Assembly: GCF_036321535.1 (NCBI RefSeq)
Contig: NC_087437.1
Coordinates: 80,602,001 to 80,666,000, forward strand
Direction of reading: 5' to 3'
Source of the DNA: Camelus dromedarius
Taxonomy: Eukaryota
DNA: 64,000 nt
The notes under the pieces are model-generated. The model saw only the letters and a list, made by a program, of their open reading frames with translations. It was not told the origin of the DNA and made no database searches. This document shows positions 19,170 to 33,200 of the stretch, in pieces. The translations under genes were made by a program, and so were the position numbers. Each line of letters starts with the position of its first letter. The stretch's first letter is position 1.

Positions 19170-19451
19170 AATGACTCGGAAACCAACTGCCCGCCGGCCT
19201 GCCTGCCTGCGTGACCGTCACTCCCCCATCGCCCGGAGAGCCTTGACCGTCTCCAGGGCAATCACTCCGGAGGAAGGCGGCCTCTGGGGAACGCTAAATC
19301 TGTTGCCTAGGCGAGATGACGTCATCACAGAGCGCCGGGGTTGCGGAAGGGGATTGTGGGAGGAGATTGCTTTCCACGACCTTATAAGGCGTCTTCCCAT
19401 GATTCTTTCTTTCTCTTCTCCATCTTCCTTTTTCCCGGCCCCTTCGCAGCC
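19170..19451 (+). promoter_or_regulatory. RPL24 promoter and 5'TOP leader
   Basis: CpG-rich. Full CRE TGACGTCA at 19317-19324; ETS core CGGAAG near 19344; ZNF143-like CTCCCACAATCC (minus strand, 19351-19362); TATA-like TTATAAG at 19382-19388; uninterrupted pyrimidine tract at 19403-19421, typical of a TCT/5'TOP start. Confidence 0.85.
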
Positions 19452-23861
<4,410 letters not shown>

Positions 23862-23881
23862 GTTGGCAAATGGGATTTTTA

Positions 23882-23887
23882 AATAAA
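23882..23887 (+). terminator. RPL24 polyadenylation signal
   Basis: AATAAA 20 nt after the stop, followed by a GU/U-rich downstream element (ttgtggtggaattttt). Confidence 0.9.
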
Positions 23888-26800
23888 GATCTCACTATAA
23901 CTCGATTGTGGTGGAATTTTTACTCTTAAAGGCATGTCTTTCCAACAGGGTAAAAGCCAGACTACAAAGTTAAGAATTTAACAGCCACATATTTTTTAAA
24001 GAGTTCATTTATCAGAAATAATACATCCTGATGTACACCTCTTAGATGGAAAGATGTTAAGCAAAATGGTATGAAGTAAGATGTACATGATTAAATGCTA
24101 GCTTTGCTCAGCTGAGGTTGTAAGGACGCACGACGCAGACTATTGTTTACACAGCTATAGGTACTAGGATGTTGCAGAGATTTTAGTCCAGGTTGATGGC
24201 GAAAAGGCATGGTTTTGTCAGTTCTGTGCAAAGTAAGTCTTTCTAATGAGTTTTCTTAACTTACCCTTCTCCATGATAGACACATTTATTTCATACCGGG
24301 GTTGCCTTTGGTTCACTAGTATCTCACCTCTTCACCATTAGCTTATAGCTGAGTTAAAACTATCAGCTGTATAATCTACTCTTGGCATCCAGAAAATAAG
24401 CTTAAATGAAGACTAAAACTTCTTGAGCAGAGTATACTTAGAAAAATACCAAAGTTTTTTGAGCTGAGAGCTTAACAGAGCCATGGTTAAAATTGTAAAA
24501 GTGCCTGAGTAGCCTGCTGATGTTCAAGAGTTCTAAGTCTTTTTATATAAATGTGATAAGGAAAATGATGTTACGAACAGGCTTGCACTTATACAAAAAG
24601 ATCATCTTCTGAATCCGAGTTACAAAGTTACAACAATAAACAAGCCACATTGTCTTGAGAAACATTCATTTATACATAGGAATACTAGGTGAAGGTAAAA
24701 TCTCCACATCAATACTTCCCCCCACCTCCATTCTGTCCAAGGGATTAATGATCAGTTCTGGCGCATGTTAAATTCAGGCATTGGTGTAGGTGTTGGTGTT
24801 GGGGATAAGAAAAAAGTCCCTTTGAAGACTTGAAAACTAAAAAGGTACATAAAATAACTATGCAAGTTATGCTGACTGGCTGACATGCTTAGTAAGATTT
24901 TGCTTGGGAAAAAAAAACACCTTTAATTTTTAAAAACGAAATTACAAGGGAAAAAAGGTCATAATAGCTGTGATTGTTCAAGGGAAAGCTTAAACAATCA
25001 AAATACTCAACTTGAACACAGGGCAACATGTTCCTTCTTTTGGCCACCAGAAAATGACCCCGTAAAGCATTGCTTTTCTCGTCTAAATGTCAAAATGTAA
25101 CTACCATTCTGATTACCCTTGAGTCCTGAATAGTCTAGCCCAGGAAGACCTAGATATAAACGCTAAATACCTGTTCTCATAGGACAGCAACTTTTAGCTT
25201 TGCTCAGGAAGACAACTGGGCCACCCGTAAAGCATTTTATTGAAACACGTCTGTATTGGGATAAGGGCACTGGAAAATTTAAGTATTCGGGGACTTGTCA
25301 GTGCTTTCATGACTTCTGACAAATTGATCGGGGTGTAGGGGAATTTTTTAAAATTTAGCTCTCTTGCCAAGTCCACAGCTTGTTTACTTTTAATTTGAAT
25401 CTGTGTACATTAAATTTAGTTTTAAATGAACACTATTTCACAGCCAAACTGGTGGTGCTGACCCAGCACATATATATCCCTTGGAGCGTGGATTTAGACA
25501 TCCAGTCTGAGTGCCCCACCCCCACGGGGGGGATGGGTGTGTCTCCACCTTGTTCCTCCCTCCCCCAGCTGCAGCCTATCTGAGGATTGAGTGACTCTAA
25601 ATAAGCCTCAGGCCTCTGTAGGCCTGGGAGCTCACACTTATACAGCTAGAATCTTCAAGCGCCCCAAGTACCCCTGCCGTTTGGAAATTTTCTGCAATCT
25701 CCACCCCCAATTATCGTGGGACTCAGCTCATCCTGCTTTTGGAACCCACTGCTTTGATGTGGCATCTGTCCTCACTTGTATCTGCAGGGGTCACAGAGCC
25801 TCAGGCAGCACCGCCAGAACAGGGCTGGGAGAGGAAAGGGTTGGCCCAGAGTTTTAAAGCTCCAGCAAAACGCTGCAAGTGACTGACCCCAGTAGCCTTG
25901 GGATGTCATAGGCCTGTGTCTCCTTTCTGCACTGAAAATTCAACCCAGGGAGGGGTGACCAGAGCGACTGCTCCTGGCTACCTGCTAAAAATCTGAAATA
26001 GGACTTACACTGTACATTGAAAAGCGTAGTTCGAGTTACCTTGGCCTTGTGTACATTCAGTATATGTTGGGTATAGAACAGAGAACTTCCCCCCTCTAAC
26101 CCATATATATGCAAATAAAATTGTAAGAAAATAGTGCAAACTGCTCTTCTCCACTCCCTACTGACATGATTGCCCTCGTAGGTAGAAAATTGCCACTATA
26201 TATGCTAGTCATTCCAGAAAAATCTCAACTATTACAGGGATAGTTCGGGAGAGCAGCCTATGCGGAGAAATTACAGTAACTCCTATCACTGAAGGATTTA
26301 GATTTTATAACACTTAACTGAAAGCTACCATTTCCATGTGAAAAGGCTTTCTTTGGTCTCGTATTCACTGGCTATTCTACAAGAGGGCCTCAAAATCTGG
26401 CGTTTTGTCAGGTGTCTCAAAAGCAGACGGAAGAAAAGTACTCCTTTACACCGTGTGGTATCTCGGATGGGATAACAACTGCCCACCAGCTCTAACACGT
26501 GTTCAGAGCTTCAGAAAGACGGGAAAAATAAGAAGAGGAAACTGCCCGGAGTTAAGATGTCTGCTCAAGGCCGCCTCAATCTCCCAGGAAAAGCCTACCC
26601 ACTTCCAAAATGTCCGCCCGCAGTATTGACGTCACTAGGGCGGCTGCATCTAATCAGAAAGCCACTGCGCTCCAATCAGGGTTTAGTCCCCTCACCCACC
26701 GCCCTCCGTTTGCGTCACTTCCGGTGGTGCAGCAGCCATTTTGTCAGTCGCCAGCGGATCCCGCGCGCTGGGGAAGTGCAGTTCCCCCTGGTTACCAACT

Positions 26801-26961
26801 CGTCCGTTCTCTCTGCGCTGAGGGCGCCGTCGAAGAGCACTCCCCACAGAAACAGCCGTTCCTCCCTACAGTGCCGCCGCTGCTGTTGCATCCGCCCGGA
26901 GCCAGTGCGCTGTCTTCCCCCCTTGCCACTGACAGGCGCCCTCACGGAGCCGCCGTCAGCG

Positions 26962-27271
26962 ATGTCAAGCGAGGAAAGCTACCAGGCCATTCTGCGCTAC
27001 CTGACGAATGAGTGCGAGCCGTACGCGCCGGGCACCGAGGGCAATGTCAAGCGTAAAATCCGCAAGGCGGCCGCCTGCTACGTGGTGCGCGGTGGGACCT
27101 TGTACTACCAGCGGCGGCAGCGGCACCGCAAGACCTTTGCGGAGCTGGAGGTGGTGCTGCAGCCCGAGCGGCGCCGGGGGCTCATCGAGGCGGCGCACCT
27201 GGGCCCAGGCGGCACTCACCACACCCAGCATCAGACCTGGCACGACCTGTCCAAGACGTACTGGTGGCGAG
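26962..27271 (+). CDS. ZBTB11: ZBTB11 coding exon 1 (310 nt; His half of the HHCC finger)
   Basis: gcgATGTCAAGC ... TGG TGG CGA G|gtagga. Confidence 0.95.
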
Positions 27272-30200
27272 GTAGGACGTCGCCCGCGGCGAGTGCGAGG
27301 GCGGGCGTCTGGCTGCCCGGGTAGGGCCCGCAGGCGGAGGCGGGCTTGTCTGTGCATCCGCGGAGGGTCCCGCGCCCCTCCTCTCGGACGGCACTCGGCC
27401 GCCCAGCCTAGCCTGCGCTCGGCAGAGAAGCGGCTGCCAGGCGGAGCCGAGAGGGTGGGGGACGCGAAAGGAGCCGCACTTCCCACAGGAAGGAGGCCGG
27501 GGAAGCTGGGGGCGGGCCTTGGCCCGGGGTGGGGCGAAGGGGGCTTCCCCGGGGGCCGGCCCAGCCGCGGGGAGGGGCCGGCACGCGCGGGCAGCGCGGC
27601 GCCCGCCTCCTTCGGCGGCTCCGGAGGCGGCGGCTCCGGAGGCGGCGGCTCCTTCTCTCCGCAGAAGCTTCTGAGCAGCGGGCGGCGGTTGGGGGTGCTG
27701 CGTGCTGTGCCTTTTGAAAGCCAGTTGGTGCTGATGGTTTCCGGGAGGGACGGCACGCCCAGAGCCCGACTGCTTTTTGCAGTGCGTTCGTTCCCCGAGG
27801 GTTTTAGCCGGCGGTTTTGAGGTTCTGCGGCTCCGCTTGCCGGTGTTCGTCAGATTGTGCTACTGTGGCTTAAATAAGGAAAAATACGATAGCAGATACT
27901 GTCAATTCCGAATGCTTTAATATTCTTCCTTTTGGTACTGTGAAGGCCGCTTTGGAAACTTGAGGCACTGTATATACCCTGAAAAGATGCGATTTCTGTG
28001 ATTGTTATGGTCATGGGGTATAGCTCTGAAATTTCTTGACTCCTTGGGAGCCAGGTTAGAGGAGGAGAGAAAGGGCCCTTGGTTTCTTTACCGGCCTCAC
28101 TCTAAAGTCGATGAGTATTCAAACTATTCCGTAAATCAGTAAAAGTTTGCAGGCCCATAGAAGAGATTTTGTCAGGAAGGATTCTGCCGTACTCTCCGTG
28201 CGACACTGCAGAAATTAACTTACGGTTACTTATCTGTAAGGGAATCAGACAACTGAATAGTTTCTCAAAGTGTTTTTCAATTGATGAACTTTATTGGATA
28301 GGTCTTCTTTTTTGCTCCTTTAAGCATTATTCCGGTTTTTTTTTAAGTCCATATCTATATTCTTAAATGCTTTCTCTTATTTTATATTTTAAACCAATAT
28401 CTGAATTAAATTCCTCTAAAGAGACCCGACTGTGAAGGCCAAATACAGAGTAATTGCTGCACTTTGTTAGGATTGGTTTGGTCTGACCTAGTTTTCCTGA
28501 ATAAATGTCTCAGGTTTAATATTTCATGACATGTTAAAATGATAATTATAGCTGAAGATAACATTTATCAGGCTTTTACATGCAAGCATAGTGCTGAGCA
28601 CTTAATTTATTTTCACTCATTTAATCTTTGTAAAACCTTGTAAGGTGGAAACATTTACATCTCTTTTACTGATGGGAAAACCAAAAGCACCAAGAGCTGA
28701 CCTTTGTGATTTCAGACTCTTAACCACTATTATATGGTGCTGTAAAGTAGCACCACATTTTTTACTAATTTTTTTTATGTTTTGGAAAATAGTATTTTTC
28801 ATAGAAATGCTATTTTTATTAGCATGTGATGAGTGTTATTTGATCTTGATACTTTTATTATTTTAATATTTATTTAAAATGGGAATTCATAGTCAGTAAG
28901 CATCAGAGACAGTTGCCTTTGATTATTAGCTATTCATTTTGATGTTTATTGCATTAATACTTTGCTTGTTTCTTTATTTGAGGCCTATTAAAATTAACAG
29001 ACGTACAAGAGTCAACATTCTTAGACCAAGAACTGATACTTGATAAAGCAAACATTTTTAACTATTAGTTTTTAATGTGTCATACAATTACATATAGACT
29101 ATGGATATTCATACTCCAAAGCCATCGTAGACTGGGAGCTAATAAGATTTGGTCAGTGTAGATGCCAAGAAAAGAACTATTCCAAAGTCAGTCCACTAGA
29201 AGTACCAGGGAGAGTTTACTCAGATTCATTATTTATGCTGCTTTTTCTGGAATGCTGCCATCATAAGCACTGCCTTTATATCCTAGTGCTCAGGCAAGTT
29301 TGTAGAATAGTGAAAAACTCTGGCCCAGTGCCTAGAATTGACACAGAGCAAATTTATTTCAGAATGTAAAATCTTAATAGATCCTCTTCCCTCCACCACC
29401 TTACTTTACCCCATCTTGTAATTGTGTGCTGGAGTTCCAAAAGAAACAGCTCTCCCATTCCTCAGTCAAATGCTGATGCCTAGGAATCCACAGTTAAATG
29501 TTTCCAAAATGTGAAGGTTAAGTTAAGTCAGTAGGGCAAAGAAGGTTAACCCAGCTATCTGCAGAGGTGCCTACCCTCCGAACTGATTTGTGTTTGTCTT
29601 GACTATGGGGATAAATTGATGCTGCTGTTACCTAATCCAGAAGAGGAAGGCATAATCTCTAGAAAACCCTCCCTGCCCCCCTCCAAGAATTATCTGACCC
29701 CAAATGTCAACACTGCTGAGGGTGAGAAACCCTGCTGTAGAGTGAGAAACTGATCCTCTTGTTGTTTTATCAAAGCACTGCCTGCTAAGGTTTTTTTTGT
29801 ACTTGGTCAGTGCTCAGTAAAGAACCTGGTAATGCTAACTTGGTCTTTTATGTGGACATTTATGTAGTACCAGAAAGGTTGACCTGTGAGCATTTTTGTT
29901 TTATTTTGTTTTTAAACTACACAATTTACTAGATAAATTTAGGAAATCATTTCAACAAAAGATTAGAATATAAGTATCAAATGATTTTCCTATATAACAA
30001 TAGACATCAGGAAAATACTCAGTGAGCATTATTTAACACTTACGTAGTAGTAGTTACCCTGTATCAGACACTGTTCAAAGTGTTTTATGAATATTAACAT
30101 TTTATCATTATAACAGCCTTGTGAGGTAGGTGCTATTTTCCCCATTTTACAGGTGATGACACATAGGCACAGAAGTTAGGTGACTTGGACATGGTCACAG

Positions 30201-33200
30201 AGCTAGTTAGTGGATTCAAATAATAAAGTCATAAAGTAATTTCTACTATTTGCAGTAATTATCCACTCTTAAACTAGTAAACTATGTTTACAAATTGGTG
30301 TCTTTTCAGTGGTTAATTTGAATCAGATTCTTTCAGCTTAATCAGCTCTGGGAAAGCTAAAGAGATCTGGTTTCTGAATTTCTAAAGCTAGATTTGAGAT
30401 AATCCATCAAAACACTAACACTCAAAGGACTTCAAAACATGATAGGATGATTTTTGAGGCAGTTGATTGATTATCATACATTAATAAAATTTGGGGGCAA
30501 CTTTGCTTATTATAATTCATCCTTATTCAAAGGCTTTCTGTGTAGTTTCTCCAATACTATCTGAACTCAACCAGTTAGTGGTTTAAACCTCTGCTGTATG
30601 CAACATATACTGAACTGTGTAGCATCATAAAATCTTTAGAAATAACAACCAAGGTTAATTAGAAAAAACTGGCTCTTGCCATCTTTATTTTGGATGTGGA
30701 AATTTCTATAACAGCTCTTTATTCTCTAAGTATGTTTCTTAGAAATATATATATATTCTTTTACATATTTCTTCTCCCGCTCACCCATTTACTCTTTTTT
30801 TTTAATTGTAAAATATACATAACATAAATTTACCATTTTAAGCATTTGTAAGTGTACTGTTCAGTGACATTAAGTGCACGTGATTCACATTGTTGTGCTA
30901 CCATCACAATTACTCATCTTCAAAAATGTTTCATCTTTCCAACCCATTTACTCTTTTTTTTTTTTCCCAAAGAGAATGAACATCTTTTCTATTTACTCTT
31001 TTTTGTTTGCTTTTTTTTTTTGTGGGGGGAGATAATTAGTTTATTTCTTAGTGGAGGTGCTGGGGATTGAATCCAGGACCTTGTGCATGCTAGGCACAGT
31101 GCTCTACCACTGAGCTATACCCTCCCCCCTCCATTTACTCTTAATTGTGCCTAAAATATATGTCCATCCAGCTTTTTGTATCGGTTTGTTAAAACCTGCT
31201 CATCATATCTCATACAGGTGTAGACTTCTTACTTATGTTTTCAGGCAGTAGAATATAATCTCTGTTGCTTCCAAGTCTGTGCACATACAAATGCCCTTTT
31301 TGTGAAAATTGTATTTAACCCTAACCCATTATTTCTTATGTTCTGGGGGAGAAAGCAATGAACAGATAAATCTGGCAAATTTCTGGGTTAATTGGATTTC
31401 TTTACTGTAGATCTTAAGTTTCTAATATGATAATATCCATTGTGTGTGAGAATATAACTCTCTGAATTTATTAGTCCAGTGTATAAATTTTTAGTAAGTA
31501 TGGGGATATAATACAGTTTAAGAAATACTGCTCATGTACTGTCTGAAGGTTGAAAGTGCAAGGAACTTGGTATAATTTGTCATTCTGAAACTCTTCAGGA
31601 ATTTGCATACCTCTGTATCATTTTAGCAAATTAAAGAGCCTTTCCATTTGCATTTTACTTGGGGATTGTTGTGGGGAGAAGTTTCTGCCACAGGGCTGGA
31701 CGAATGTGTTCCTGGGTAGGTAGCATAATATACTGAAAATCACATGGCTTCTGGAAGCCCAGCTATGCAGTTAACTAGATACGACTTTTGACAAGTTACT
31801 TACCTCTTAGGGATGAACCTCCTTATCTATAGAATGGGAATTGCCCTCTCTTACAAGGATGTTGGAGAGGATGGGAGTGTGTGTGTGTAAGTAAAAAGTG
31901 TTCCTCCCTGCTCCCTATCCCCACCCCAGCATGCTGGGCTGGAAGTTGAAATTCAAAGTAGGGTTTTTTGAGTAGTTTGTGTGTAATCAACTTTTGTTAG
32001 ATTGTGTATGCTGTTATTTCATATAACCCTAAAATCTCAAAGCTTTCAAAAACAAGATTTATTTTACACTCATTACAAGTTTGGTTGTGGTCCTGTTAAG
32101 GTTGCAGATTGGCTCCACGTTTTTTTCATCTACAATTCAGCCTAAAGGATGGCATCCATCTGGACATGCTCTTTGAGAGAGGGGACATAAATCAGAGAAC
32201 TGATGGGAAACTGCTTTTTAAAACTTCTAATGAGACATATGCATTCATAGTCCATTGACTAAAGCAAACTGCATGGTCAAGCCTGATTGTCTTTAGGGTG
32301 GAGAGGTATTAGCTTGAACCTCATTATTATATTACTGTTTTGTTTATGAAGGTCAAAACCAGTTGAATATCAGTAATTTCATATAATTCCTATTGCATGA
32401 CTGAGTTGAAACTGATGTGGATATAGGCATTGCTACATAATTATCTTCTATGGTGGGTGAATGAATAATCACAAGAGTAAACAACAAAACAGTCTACCTC
32501 AGCATGGAAACAAATTGTCATTTATAACATTGAAAAAGGTGTATCTTAGACATAGTAAACAATCTTATGGTTACGAGGGTGAAGTGGGTAGGAAGGGATA
32601 AATTTGGGAGTTTGAGATTTGCATATGTTAGCCATTATGTATGAAAATAGGTTTAAAAAACAAATTCCTTCTTTATAGGCACAGAGAACTGTATTCAATA
32701 TCTTATAATAACCTTTACTGAAAAAGAATATATGTATGTATATGCGTGACTGGGACATTGTGTTGTATACCAGAAACCGACACATTGTAACTGACTATAC
32801 TTCAATAAAAAAGAACGAAAAAGATGTATCTTAAATTCTAAAGAACTCATTCTATGTACTTTATAGGCATGCGTGTCTGTTCACATGCGCTGAAATATAC
32901 ATTAGTGTACACAGATTAAATAAATAAATGTGATCTTCAGTTTTCAAATAAGAGCAGTATTAAATTTGACTTGTTAATTTTTATTTTATTGTAGGTATAT
33001 TAAAGCAAGTCAAAGATTACATTAAACAGTGTAGCAAATGCCAGGAGAAACTGGATCGCTCCCGTCCAATATCAGATACTTCAGAAATGTTGGAAGAATT
33101 GGGACTAGACCTTGAATCTGGAGAAGAAAGTAATGAATCAGAGGATGACCTGAGCAACTTTACTTCGCCTCCAGCTACAACTTCCAAGCCTGCAAAAAAG

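Larger units (their letters stand above)
26540..27860. promoter_or_regulatory. ZBTB11 promoter / CpG island
   Basis: CRE TGACGTCA at 26627-26634; CCAAT at 26672-26676; GC box; overlapping half-CRE/ETS TGCGTCACTTCCGG at 26711-26724; YY1-type GCCATTTTG at 26735-26743. Very GC-rich through exon 1 and the start of intron 1. Confidence 0.85.

Noticed and set aside
27613..27652. GGSGGGGSGGGGS translation resembling a synthetic (G4S)n linker
   Set aside because: Intronic 15-bp tandem duplication with no vector, tag or fused ORF nearby.
26965..27820. Long alternative-frame ORFs (263 aa minus strand, 270 aa plus strand) over ZBTB11 exon 1 and intron 1
   Set aside because: Pro/Gly/Arg-rich, low-complexity translations of a CpG island where stops are rare. 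No recognisable domain.
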